DNA of 64,000 nucleotides from Acidobacteriota bacterium (GTDB lineage: Bacteria > Acidobacteriota > UBA6911 > RPQK01 > JADFOI01): the NCBI GenBank assembly GCA_963663035.1, contig OY760074.1, positions 768,001 through 832,000 on the forward strand, in the 5' to 3' direction. Shown piece after piece: positions 9,058 through 18,637 of this stretch (the first letter of the stretch is position 1; every line of letters begins with the position of its first letter). The notes beneath the pieces are model-generated. The model made no database searches. It had not been told where the DNA came from and saw only the letters and a list, made by a program, of their open reading frames with translations. Made by a program: the position numbers and the translations under genes.

Positions 9058-10239
9058 TTAGCCGAGGTTGGATTTCACTGGCGTGGAAGCTCTGCCGCTT
9101 TCGGAAGGAACCCGTACCATGGTGCCATCACCGACACAGATGTCGACGAATTTCTTGAATCTTTTAAACACGCTCTCCTGAAGGTAGGGAAGGTTGTACT
9201 TGCTGCAGAGCGCTTGAACCTTGGGCTGGATCTCCTGGTACTTCGTCATGGGCAGGTCGGGAAACAGATGGTGCTCAATTTGGTAATTCAGCCACATCTG
9301 GGGATAGTCAATCCAGTCTTTTCCGGTCTTGTAGTTCACCGATCCCAGTACCTGATTGACGTAGAACTCCTGTTTATTTTTGTAGTGGTGGTCGAAGCGG
9401 TACAGGTCAGAACCGGTGTGATTGGGAGCGATGACCATGTAGGAGTGGAAGTTGGTGATGAACTCGGCCAGCACTCTATTGATGAGCACGAACAACACCG
9501 CGGTTTTTCCCAGCGGGAGAAAGAGGAGCGGGATGATGACAAAATGGAGCGTGAAAAAGGGCAGGTAGCAGGAGAGCCAGAGTCTACGCACCAGCCAGTT
9601 GCGGACGTCAAGAAAGTTGAAGAACCCAATGGGAGTGAGGTGCCTTTGCTGCGGGCTTCTGTTCTTGTGCGATTCAAAGGCGTTGAGCGTGTTAGGCGCA
9701 TAGTAGCTGAATTTCCAGGTGATACCGGTCAGGAACAGTACCAGATATTTTATGGGGCGGGGACATCGCCAGTTGCGCATCAACTCCGCGTGTCGTTCGA
9801 CCAGATCCGGATCCTTATCCTCGCCGGTATGGTAGTGATGCAGGAAGTTGTGTTCACAAGCCCAGGCAGCGGGCAGAATCCAGTCGAACCAATCGATGAA
9901 GCGCCGCCAGCCCCGCGCAAAAGTTTTGCTCGTATATTCTGGCGGCACGCCGGGCACCCTGTCGTAGCCGCCGTGACTGATGTGATGCACGAGGAGCCAG
10001 CGAGTGAGAATCCCCTGCGCGATGAGAGCGGCACTGATCGGATTGGGAATGATCCAGGCGGTGGCATAGCCGAGCAGGCTGATGAGGTTTCCGAGCCGCT
10101 TGATTTTGATCAGATGGAGGAAGTCCTGGTGGCAGAGCGACTGGAAGGCGTCCCGGCGGAGCGCCTCAATTTCTCTGGTGAAACCCTCGGAATCTATGTC
10201 GTCGAGTGAAATCGACTTCGCCCTCTCCATTTCTGCCAC
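9058..10239 (-). CDS. Membrane fatty acid (acyl-CoA) desaturase
   Basis: His boxes HHISH, HNFLHH, QIEHH. Confidence 0.88.
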   Translation of the reverse strand: MAEMERAKSISLDDIDSEGFTREIEALRRDAFQSLCHQDFLHLIKIKRLGNLISLLGYATAWIIPNPISAALIAQGILTRWLLVHHISHGGYDRVPGVPPEYTSKTFARGWRRFIDWFDWILPAAWACEHNFLHHYHTGEDKDPDLVERHAELMRNWRCPRPIKYLVLFLTGITWKFSYYAPNTLNAFESHKNRSPQQRHLTPIGFFNFLDVRNWLVRRLWLSCYLPFFTLHFVIIPLLFLPLGKTAVLFVLINRVLAEFITNFHSYMVIAPNHTGSDLYRFDHHYKNKQEFYVNQVLGSVNYKTGKDWIDYPQMWLNYQIEHHLFPDLPMTKYQEIQPKVQALCSKYNLPYLQESVFKRFKKFVDICVGDGTMVRVPSESGRASTPVKSNLG

Positions 10240-10306
10240 TAGATATATAATAGACTACTGTCCTCTTCTCCTGATTCTGTGGGCTGAGGTGGATCGCATT
10301 ATTCGC

Positions 10307-10933
10307 TCAGACTGGTCCTGGTTTGACCTTGATGGCGTGAAAGATACCGAAGAAATACTGTTTCCTGGAAAGAATCTCCAAATCAGCTTCCTCTATGAAT
10401 CCTAGGATTTCTCTGTTCCAGTTACACCCAAAGCGTTTGGCATGATTGTCGGCTCTCTTGTCCTGCCATCGTCCCACTCGCTCACTGCTGCTTCTACCGT
10501 GCTCGAGAAGAAGGATCCGACCGCTGGGCTTGCACACCCTGGCCATCTCCTTGAGAGCCTCTACTGGCTGTTTCAACGTACACAGGCTCAAAGAGTCTAC
10601 GACGGTGTCAAAGACGTTATCCGAAAATCCCAGACTTTCAGCATCCATCTCCTGGATGGAGACATGAAGCTTCTGTTTCCCTGCTTTCTGTGAAGCCCTC
10701 TCGAGCATTCCGCGGCTCAAATCGACCAGCGTGAGTTTGCAGTCTTTTGGGTAGTGGCGGAGGTTGTTCCCAGTTCCGGCGGCCACTTCCAGCACATCTC
10801 CCGAGGCCTCTCGAAAAAGGTGTTTCCTCACCCTGTAGAGGCCCAATAACTCAGGTAACTTCTCCAGGTAGTCGTACCATTTGGCATTCTTGTCATATTT
10901 GTTGATGATTTCTTGCTTGGATGGATTGGTCAT
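10307..10933 (-). CDS. Class I SAM-dependent methyltransferase
   Basis: VLEVAAGTG, VDLS, MDAE..FDTVV, LLLEHGRS. Confidence 0.85.
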   Translation of the reverse strand: MTNPSKQEIINKYDKNAKWYDYLEKLPELLGLYRVRKHLFREASGDVLEVAAGTGNNLRHYPKDCKLTLVDLSRGMLERASQKAGKQKLHVSIQEMDAESLGFSDNVFDTVVDSLSLCTLKQPVEALKEMARVCKPSGRILLLEHGRSSSERVGRWQDKRADNHAKRFGCNWNREILGFIEEADLEILSRKQYFFGIFHAIKVKPGPV

Positions 10934-10946
10934 AGGGGGAACCTTT

Positions 10947-11144
10947 TAGCCGGGATTATGCATAAATTTTCTACTCCAGTGCCGCAATCATCTGCGCTGA
11001 CTGCGTTATGCTTCCTTGGGCTCCTCGCCGTACTGCATGAGTACGCCTGCGGGGCCCGACCCGCAAGCGGGTACCCCTTCGCATGCCTTGTCATCGCGGC
11101 GCCTGCGGCACTTCGTCACGAAAACCTATGCATACTCCCGGCTA
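10947..11144. repeat. MITE-like palindromic repeat, copy 1
   Basis: TIRs TAGCCGGGATTATGCATA / TATGCATACTCCCGGCTA; internal GACCCGCAAGCGGGTACCCC module shared with the copies at 20654 and 24291. Confidence 0.8.
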
Positions 11145-11217
11145 GTCATCTTAAGCGATCAACCTGGCAGGAGACAATCGGGATTCATCGATTGAAGGGG
11201 GACCTGGGGGTGGCATA

Positions 11218-11603
11218 GTGGCCAGATTACTCATCTTTCGATTCAAGGACCATGCAATGGAAGTTGACCAGGATGTTGCCTCGCAAGGCTACGCTCAGAA
11301 ACCTGAGGACAGACCGGAATCGTTGAGGGCTCACTGGGAAGGGAGGGCAAGCCTGGCCAGCGCTTACTGGGGCATTGGGGTGCTGGGAGGTGTGGTCTTT
11401 GCTTTGCTTCTCTATTTTGTGAATTCAGACATCATTTTATCCTGGTCTTGATCGCGCTGGTCCCCTATTCCGTTTTTGCCGTGGTGTCCATTTGGCGGTG
11501 TTCCTGGAACAGTGGCTGGGTGGGCTGGGGTTATCTCGCCCGTACGGTTATCATACTGAACGGTATTCGAGTCGTATACGCGATTTTCAGAGGAATCACC
11601 TGA
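11218..11603 (+). pseudogene. Small membrane protein with a single frameshift (possible assembly indel)
   Basis: HWEGRASLASAYWG.. continues in another frame as ILVLIALVPYSVFAVVSIWRCSWNSGWVGWGYLART..; shift at a T-run near 11435. Confidence 0.6.
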
Positions 11604-11677
11604 CCAGTGAAACCGATGATCTCACGCTTTAACGCAAAGCGTGTTGGAGAGTACAGGACGAAAACAGGAGGAGTACG

Positions 11678-12106
11678 ATGACAATAAGAAAGCGGGGACA
11701 GCTCATTGCGGAGGTATCCGGAAAGCCGGCAAACATCAAGTTAAACACTTTTTCCCCGGGTATCTTTGGCAGTACTACAATTCAGTTGTTTCCTCAACGT
11801 GTTGTTGAAGCTACAAAGAGAATCATATCAAGCAGGAATGCAGAGATTCTTGTGGATGAGGTCGATTCTGTGGAGATCGTCAAACAAGGAAACCCGACAG
11901 GGCTTTGGTTAGGGATTCTTACGATTTCTATCTTTGGACTTGGGATCATATTCTTGAGCCTATATGTAGTCGTCAAGCGAAGATTTTTAATCGTCCGCAG
12001 CAAAAGCAACATACAACTCCTTGCATTGAAAGATGATGAAACGCTCTATCAGCAGTTCATGGAGAGTGTTCTGGCAACTGCTGAGGGCACCAAGAAAGAA
12101 GCGTGA
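11678..12106 (+). CDS. Hypothetical membrane protein
   Basis: RBS GGAGGAG, one hydrophobic hairpin. Confidence 0.6.
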   Translation: MTIRKRGQLIAEVSGKPANIKLNTFSPGIFGSTTIQLFPQRVVEATKRIISSRNAEILVDEVDSVEIVKQGNPTGLWLGILTISIFGLGIIFLSLYVVVKRRFLIVRSKSNIQLLALKDDETLYQQFMESVLATAEGTKKEA

Positions 12107-12173
12107 AGAGTGTCACTCCGAGGACGTTTGGTGAGGGAGTCATCACATGAGTTCGTAAAAGAGGAGAATTGAG

Positions 12174-13190
12174 GTGACAGGAGATAGCAAAAGGGCCAAG
12201 CCTAATCTCTTATCAATCACTTCTCTAATTTTTGGACTAATAGCTTTTCCCTGTACTCTTGCTATCAATTTCCTAGCGACAGGAGACAGCGAATTTTCAA
12301 TTCTATTCATTCCTGGTCTTATTATCAGCACCGTTGGATTGGTTTTTGGTCATGTCTCTCTTCGGAAAATACGGCAGTCCAATGGGCTGTTAGGCGGAAG
12401 GCTTACAAGCATTGGAGGAGTTGTGCTGGGCTACTCTGCTCTTTTCGCTTCAGTCGTTTGGGCATTTATTATCCTTGTTCTCCCCAGAGCCCAATTTGCT
12501 ATCCTCAGTTTCTCAAATCCTCCTAATTATGAAGTGTTGCTCCAGCTTCAGGAGACTCCCGATCGAGAGGTAACGTTATCCCTCCTTGAAGAGACAGAAA
12601 CAGTTCTCTCTTCACGGTTACGAAATTTAGGTGCTCCACATGGGATTGAACTGGTCGCCCCTGATCAGCTTATTGTTCGGCTTCGGCTTCAAGATGCTTC
12701 GAAGGAAAGCAATTTGCTGGATCTATTCCAGTCTAAGTTGCTCTCGTTTCACCTTGTTCATCCAGATATCGAATGGCTCGAATCACAGATGTCTGCTCCT
12801 GATTTTGCACCTCCTGATGGTTACAAATCTGTTGTTTCTGGTGGAGAAGTTTTATTTGTGGAAATTCAACCTGTGTTAGTCAATGGTGTGGATGATGCTG
12901 AAGTTGAACTTGACTCCTATACGTCAGAACCAATGATAAGCATTCGCTTCAAACCGGAAGCAAAGGAAGGCCTAGCGCGTGTGACAGAAGAAAACATCGG
13001 TCGCCGACTAGCCATTATGTTGGATGAAACTCTCTATTCCGCTCCAGTGATTCAGGAGGCCATTAGAGGCGGAACGGTGTCGCTAACAGGTCACTTCAGC
13101 ATAGGGGAGGCTAACGACTTGGCTGCCGTGTTAAGAGCTGGAGCAGTGCCCGTTCCCATTCGCGTCATTGAGGGCCATTTCTTTGAATAG
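12174..13190 (+). CDS. DUF4190-like TM domain fused to a SecD/SecF periplasmic (P1) domain
   Basis: FGHVSLRKIRQSNG..GVVLGY; then TEENIGRRLAIMLDE..SAPVIQEAIRGG..EANDLAAVLRAGAVPVP; lacks SecD TM2-6. Confidence 0.75.
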   Translation: MTGDSKRAKPNLLSITSLIFGLIAFPCTLAINFLATGDSEFSILFIPGLIISTVGLVFGHVSLRKIRQSNGLLGGRLTSIGGVVLGYSALFASVVWAFIILVLPRAQFAILSFSNPPNYEVLLQLQETPDREVTLSLLEETETVLSSRLRNLGAPHGIELVAPDQLIVRLRLQDASKESNLLDLFQSKLLSFHLVHPDIEWLESQMSAPDFAPPDGYKSVVSGGEVLFVEIQPVLVNGVDDAEVELDSYTSEPMISIRFKPEAKEGLARVTEENIGRRLAIMLDETLYSAPVIQEAIRGGTVSLTGHFSIGEANDLAAVLRAGAVPVPIRVIEGHFFE

Positions 13191-13249
13191 GGCGTGCACT
13201 CAGGCGGCTCCCACGTTCCGATCCGGCTCCCATAGCTTGGAGGCTTACT

Positions 13250-13960
13250 ATGAAAAACCATAAGGTCGTTTCCAGAGATGAATGGCTTGCAGCCCGTATC
13301 GAGCACCTCGCTAAAGAAAAGGAATTGACTCGACTGCGCGACCAATTGAGCCAAGAGCGGCGAGAACTGCCCTGGGTTAAGGTTGAAAAGGAATATCTGT
13401 TTGACGGTCCGAATGGTAAGGAAACGCTATCAGAACTGTTTGAAGGCAGGAGCCAGCTCATTACCTATCACTTTATGTATGGCCCAAATTGGGCAGAAGG
13501 TTGTCCCAGTTGTTCCTTTTGGGCGGACAACTTCAATGACAGTGTTGTCCATCTCAATCATCGCGACATCACGCTGCTGGCTGTCTCCAGAGCCGAGCTT
13601 GAGACATTGGAAGACTATAAAGAGCGCATGGGATGGAGCTTTAAGTGGGTGTCTTCGTTTGAAAATGACTTTAATCGTGATTATCACGTGTCATTCACAT
13701 CTGATGAGATGAAAAATGGTGAGATGGATTACAATTTTCGCATCACTCAGTTTCCCAGTGAGGAGGCACCAGGTATCAGTGTGTTCTATAGGGACGAGGA
13801 AGGGAGTGTTTTCCATACCTATTCCTGCTATGCGCGTGGCTTGGACATGTTGAACGCTGCATATCATTTTATGGACCTGGTGCCGAAAGGACGAGACGAA
13901 TCGAACTTACCCTACAGCATTGCATGGCTACGACGTCACGATAGTTACGACTCTGATTAG
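13250..13960 (+). CDS. DUF899 thioredoxin-like protein
   Basis: EWLAAR..KEKELTR, RRELPW, LFEGRSQLITYHFM, GCPSCS, HTYSCYARG. Confidence 0.88.
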   Translation: MKNHKVVSRDEWLAARIEHLAKEKELTRLRDQLSQERRELPWVKVEKEYLFDGPNGKETLSELFEGRSQLITYHFMYGPNWAEGCPSCSFWADNFNDSVVHLNHRDITLLAVSRAELETLEDYKERMGWSFKWVSSFENDFNRDYHVSFTSDEMKNGEMDYNFRITQFPSEEAPGISVFYRDEEGSVFHTYSCYARGLDMLNAAYHFMDLVPKGRDESNLPYSIAWLRRHDSYDSD

Positions 13961-14117
13961 CCCGCAGCTGATCAGAGCTGTTAACTGTCGTTTACACAGA
14001 CGGGAAGCTTGCAATAGCTGATCGCCTCTCAACTCATCCCTCAAGGATCCTGTAACTCATTTATTAATAGTCAGTTATCTTATCTGGCTCAGGTATCTGG
14101 CCAAGATTTCAGCGAAG

Positions 14118-14133
14118 TGGCACGCAATGTGCT
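14118..14133 (+). promoter_or_regulatory. sigma-54 promoter candidate
   Basis: TGGCAC-GCAAT-GTGCT (GG-N10-GC spacing, one mismatch) ~95 bp before 14229. Confidence 0.45.
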
Positions 14134-14228
14134 TTGGACTAAAGGGTCTTAAGTCAAGAGTTCGCTGTGCTCTGTTCGAATGATAGAGGAGCACCACTGA
14201 AAGAGCTGAATGACGGGAGGCTATCGAG

Positions 14229-15494
14229 ATGTCTGAACACGGACTTGCAAGCCCCTGGATAGAAAAAAGAACCTGCCCCCAGTGCCAGCAGGAGAACGAG
14301 CCCGGGCGCGATTTCTGCTGGGCCTGCCAGGGGAAACTCCCTGAGGAAGGCGGAAGCCCACCAGCTGTAGCTGAAAGCCCAGAATTTGAAGGCGGTAGCC
14401 CAGAGATGGGTAGTCCAGAAATGGGCAGCCCAGAAATGGGAGAAGATCCTTATGCAGGAGGTCTGCGTCTTGAGAGAGACAGTTCCCCCCTGAGCGACCA
14501 GCCTCAAGACAGTCCTTTTCCGGAAAGCCCACAGCCTGACCAGGACATTCCCCCCGCCTATGGCCCGCGCGAAGAATCCCCCAGTCGGGAAGATGCCCAA
14601 GTGGACTGGGGACCTTCGGTTAAACTGGCTTACACTCCCAGCGGAAAGCTGAGAAGCACTTCTACACTCTTATTCTCCGGTTTAACCGGCCTCTTCGTGG
14701 GGTTGCTGAAAGCGTCGTTAGTGATGGGTGGTGCGCTGGTGGTCAATGTGATCCATAACCTGCTGCCGCATTACTTTTTCGTGCTTCCTGTGATCATCTT
14801 TGGACTGATGCTGCTTGCCCCCTTTGCGGTCGGGATGGGGGTGGGAGAGCATGTTGCAAAAGGAGCTGTGGCGGCTAAGTGTCGTATGCCCCTACAGGCG
14901 GGCATGATCGCGTTCCTGTGGACTATCGGCGGTCTGGCTCTGTTCGTGTTCTTAGGGCAAAGTGTCATGCCGCCCGGCGAGTCCTTTCTGATTGACCGGA
15001 TTGGTTGGTTTGTTCGCATGATGATCGGTGGAAGCCTCTCTTCTGGGTGGATGGAGGAGCCGGAGCCCATAGGAACGACATACGAAACGATTATCTTCGT
15101 AATGCTGGGACTCAGCGTGCTGGCGGGAGCGTTTGTGGCCTCCCACACGGCCAGCAACTCGGTGCGTTCGGTGCCTTTTTGTGAGAGCTGCAATAAGCCT
15201 ATGGACCCCGTCTCCCTATGGAGTATCTCCCCGAGCCACAGCCACCGGGCGATCCAAGCCTTCCGATCCATGCACCTCAAGGAGATCAACGAGATACCCT
15301 GCTGCAGGATGTTCGATAACTATGTTTCCGTAGACTTGTGGTCCTGTACGTGCGACTCCAAGTCTATCCTCGAACTCGTGGGACACGGCGTCGAACTGCC
15401 CGAGGAAGATGGTGACGAACCCACGGTGCAAGATCCTGTACGAATCTTCTCCAGACCCCTCACCCCCGAACAGACTTCCCAAATTCGAGCGTAG
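14229..15494 (+). CDS. Hypothetical membrane protein with zinc-ribbon motifs and acidic Pro-rich linker
   Basis: CPQC..CWAC, GSPEM x3 repeats, about four TM segments, FCESC. Confidence 0.65.
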   Translation: MSEHGLASPWIEKRTCPQCQQENEPGRDFCWACQGKLPEEGGSPPAVAESPEFEGGSPEMGSPEMGSPEMGEDPYAGGLRLERDSSPLSDQPQDSPFPESPQPDQDIPPAYGPREESPSREDAQVDWGPSVKLAYTPSGKLRSTSTLLFSGLTGLFVGLLKASLVMGGALVVNVIHNLLPHYFFVLPVIIFGLMLLAPFAVGMGVGEHVAKGAVAAKCRMPLQAGMIAFLWTIGGLALFVFLGQSVMPPGESFLIDRIGWFVRMMIGGSLSSGWMEEPEPIGTTYETIIFVMLGLSVLAGAFVASHTASNSVRSVPFCESCNKPMDPVSLWSISPSHSHRAIQAFRSMHLKEINEIPCCRMFDNYVSVDLWSCTCDSKSILELVGHGVELPEEDGDEPTVQDPVRIFSRPLTPEQTSQIRA

Positions 15495-15545
15495 GAAGAG
15501 GGGCGGCAGCAAGAATCCAGAATCCAGCCTCCAGAATTCTCTTCC

Positions 15546-16982
15546 TTAAAACGGGTCCGACGGGACAGCTTGAATCAAGCCATCCTCAAATCGAAAGGTG
15601 AAGAGGGTTCCACTGGAGTCGACTCCCACAAAGGTACTGTCAAAGACGGTGAGAGTTCTGTCTCTGTACCACACTCTGGGACCTGCATCTTTGCCGAAAG
15701 CCGAAATGTCCAAGCCATCGAAAATCAAGATGGCACCTCTGGGCAGCGTGGGGTAATCCCTGAGCAGAGTCGCTTGAACTAATTCTACCGTCCTTCCTCT
15801 TTGGATCAGGTGGTTGGTGCCTGCAATGAATTTTCCGCTGAGTCCTTCCTGGTCCCTTTGACGAAAGGAAGAGCCAGAAGAGATCACGTTCATGGCGACA
15901 AAGACAGCCATGAGGGCACTCACTTGGCGCGAATTGAGGGAAAGCTGTCGAAGAAGGGCTGCTATGGCAGCCAGGACCAGGATGACAAGGGGCACTAAGG
16001 AATACAGGAGATAGTAGCGGTAGGAGTGGTCCTTGAAAAAGAAAACAGGAGCCAGTCCCAAGGCAAGCCAGGCTGCCAGAAGTATGAGAGAAGGTGGAGG
16101 TAAGCTTCCTGGCAGCTCTCTCTTCCGACGGAGAAGGAGCCAGGCCATTGCCGAGAACCCGACAATCCATGCCAGTTTTGCAGTTGAAACATCTGTGAAT
16201 GGCAAAGCGGCCTCAGCTGCCCATTTCGAGTAAGACAGCAGGTTGTTCAGCAAATGTTGCCCCCAAAAGAGGGTCCGGTAGGGATGAGTTGAAGGAAGCG
16301 ACCAGGGGGATATCATCTGTATCCTCAGGTACAAAAACGCCAACAGGACCAGCATGAACGGCGTCAGCTTGGTGAGAAGCGCTCTTCTGGAAGTTCCGCC
16401 GGTGAGGAGCAAATTGTAAAGGAAGAGGATGGGAATCAAGACCACAGCTGATTCTTTAAAAAGCATCGCGAGCGCCAAAACCAAAGCGGATTGTATGTGT
16501 CGTTGCTTGGTAAACAGAATGAAAGAGCTGAAAAAGAAAAAGGCGCATGCCAGATCGTAGATTCCTACTATCCATAAGAGGGGATCCATGTGAACCGCAA
16601 TAGCCGTTCCGTACAAAATTCCTGCCAGCCAGGGAAGGAGCTTGTTGCCTTGTAGAAAAAGGCCGGAAATTCGCACCACCAGCAGCGAATTGACGAAGTG
16701 TAAGCCCAGGGCCAAAAGGTGATATCCGAGTGAATTCAGACCGAAGAAAAGATGGGCCAGGACGAAATAGGTGATGCCCAGCGGACGGTAGAAGAGCTTG
16801 CCTTCCGGCAGGAATGCTTGCTGGACGATCTCAAAGTCGTCCATCTCGACAATCGAGAAGAGAATGCCCCAATCGTCTTGGATGAAAGGGTACTTGAGGA
16901 CCTTCCAGTAGGTTGCAGCAACACAGAGAAATAGCACCAGCAATCCCACCAGTGCTGGGCAATTCTCTTTCTTGAGCTTCAA
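15546..16982 (-). CDS. Integral membrane glycosyltransferase-like protein (GT-C fold)
   Basis: QDDW loop, FYRPL, GYHL, KESAV, many TM helices. Confidence 0.7.
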   Translation of the reverse strand: MKLKKENCPALVGLLVLFLCVAATYWKVLKYPFIQDDWGILFSIVEMDDFEIVQQAFLPEGKLFYRPLGITYFVLAHLFFGLNSLGYHLLALGLHFVNSLLVVRISGLFLQGNKLLPWLAGILYGTAIAVHMDPLLWIVGIYDLACAFFFFSSFILFTKQRHIQSALVLALAMLFKESAVVLIPILFLYNLLLTGGTSRRALLTKLTPFMLVLLAFLYLRIQMISPWSLPSTHPYRTLFWGQHLLNNLLSYSKWAAEAALPFTDVSTAKLAWIVGFSAMAWLLLRRKRELPGSLPPPSLILLAAWLALGLAPVFFFKDHSYRYYLLYSLVPLVILVLAAIAALLRQLSLNSRQVSALMAVFVAMNVISSGSSFRQRDQEGLSGKFIAGTNHLIQRGRTVELVQATLLRDYPTLPRGAILIFDGLDISAFGKDAGPRVWYRDRTLTVFDSTFVGVDSSGTLFTFRFEDGLIQAVPSDPF

Positions 16983-16995
16983 TGTTGAGGATATC

Positions 16996-17571
16996 TCAAG
17001 CCTGTGCCTCGGGTCTGTCCTCCTGCTTGAGGACTTCCAGTATGAATGTGAGTTGCTTCCCTCGAAGCAAGAAGCAGAGATACTGTTCCCAAAATTTTCT
17101 GATGAATCTCAGTTGGGGAAGGCGATTGTCCAGATTGATGAGCAACTGAAGTCCCAGAAACTTCCAGGGGGAAGCCATCTCCACATCCTTCCTGATAATC
17201 TTGAAGCGAGCCTGAGTGTAGTGGTTGGTGTGGTAAGAAGGCTCAAAATAGTTGAATGAGTAGGAATTGAGGTGCCACTTATGGGTCGGATCCTGCCAGG
17301 AGATGGAGTCCGTATAGTGAGGCGTGATCAGTGTAACCCGAGCATGAGGACGACAAATTCGATGGATCTCTTCCATGACCGCTAACACGGAGTCCATGTG
17401 CTCGATCACATGGATAGCGTAGACCTCATCAAAACTGTTGTCTTTTGTTGGGTAAGGGATGTGGTTAAGATTATGGACCAGATCCACATTCGGTAAGTGG
17501 ACCCGATCGATGCCAATGGCTCCAGGACGCTTGTTTCGACCGCAACCGATATCTAAAACGCGTTTCTTCAT
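16996..17571 (-). CDS. SAM-dependent methyltransferase
   Basis: VLDIGCG, HVIEH, WQDPTH. Confidence 0.8.
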   Translation of the reverse strand: MKKRVLDIGCGRNKRPGAIGIDRVHLPNVDLVHNLNHIPYPTKDNSFDEVYAIHVIEHMDSVLAVMEEIHRICRPHARVTLITPHYTDSISWQDPTHKWHLNSYSFNYFEPSYHTNHYTQARFKIIRKDVEMASPWKFLGLQLLINLDNRLPQLRFIRKFWEQYLCFLLRGKQLTFILEVLKQEDRPEAQA

Positions 17572-17643
17572 GGGAGAGCTGGCAGCTGAGGATAACTCAG
17601 TTAACTGGCTAGAAGCCAGCGGTCAGGGGGCAGCGGCTTAATT

Positions 17644-18534
17644 ATGCCAGAGCTTCCAGAAGTTGAGACGGTGCGACGAGGGCTGGAGCCCCATGTAGTG
17701 GGACGCTCGATTGAGGATCTCTGGGTCGGAGATTCCAAGATTTTACAGGTCGACGCTCATCGCCTGACTCAAGACGTCCTTGGGCAGACGATACAGAGCC
17801 TGAGCCGACGCGGAAAATTCTTGCTCTTTGAGCTGGACAGCCGCTACCTCATTTTCCACTTCGGCATGACCGGTCAGCTCACCTTTCGGGATCCCAACCG
17901 GCCTGATTCCCAGGGATTCAGGAGACATCCGGTAACGGGTCTTCAGCGAACTCTTCAGCATCCTCCCGACCGGCATACCCACTTAGTCATCCGCTTCCGG
18001 CAGGGCGGAGCAGTGCTTTTCCGGGATATCCGCAAATTTGGCAAGGTCTTCCTGATTGAAAAGGGGGAGGATGTACTATCTGCCTTCTTTCGGGGATTGG
18101 GTTTGGAACCCTTTACCCCTGCCTACAACCTGCCGGCCTTTCTCAAAAGATTTCGCAATCGAAAGCTGGCCATCAAATCATTGCTATTGAATCAGAGTTT
18201 TGTGGCGGGGATCGGGAATATCTATGCCGATGAGGCTCTCTTCAACGCGGGAATTCATCCTTCCCGGAAAATTCGATCCATACGGATAGTAGAGAGGAAA
18301 AGGCTTTTTGAGGCCATCACACAAGTCCTGGAGCGGGGGATCGAATTCGGCGGCACCAGTTTGCGTGACTTCGTCAACAGCGATGGGGAAGCGGGGAGTC
18401 ACCAGGAAAAGTTGATGGTGTATGGGCGCCAAGGAGAAGCCTGTCATCGCTGTGGAACCCTGATTCAGAAAATAGTGATAAGCCAACGCAGCAGCTCTTT
18501 TTGCTCCACCTGCCAGCCCCGGGGCGGAACTTAG
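17644..18534 (+). CDS. mutM: Formamidopyrimidine-DNA glycosylase
   Basis: MPELPEVE, RRGKFL, HFGMTG, GIGNIYADE, C-terminal zinc finger. Confidence 0.95.
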   Translation: MPELPEVETVRRGLEPHVVGRSIEDLWVGDSKILQVDAHRLTQDVLGQTIQSLSRRGKFLLFELDSRYLIFHFGMTGQLTFRDPNRPDSQGFRRHPVTGLQRTLQHPPDRHTHLVIRFRQGGAVLFRDIRKFGKVFLIEKGEDVLSAFFRGLGLEPFTPAYNLPAFLKRFRNRKLAIKSLLLNQSFVAGIGNIYADEALFNAGIHPSRKIRSIRIVERKRLFEAITQVLERGIEFGGTSLRDFVNSDGEAGSHQEKLMVYGRQGEACHRCGTLIQKIVISQRSSSFCSTCQPRGGT

Positions 18535-18637
18535 CCCATATTTCCCTTTTTTCCTCTCCCTATTTCCAAGTTGCAGGGTGACTCTGTATAATGAATCTTT
18601 CTTCGGAATTCAAGTTTCAGGGGAAGGGGAGCGTTCC

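Noticed and set aside
9214-10209. Long antisense ORFs (also 18617-19897, 30039-30929, 36380-37192, 54673-55521)
   Set aside because: Shadows of well-supported genes on the opposite strand with no motifs of their own
10913-11218. ORFs over repeats (also 24332-24520, 40086-40280, 57657-58232)
   Set aside because: Translations of palindromic repeat DNA
11449-11451. Fourth Sec codon
   Set aside because: The coding continuation is in a different frame and there is no Cys-motif context
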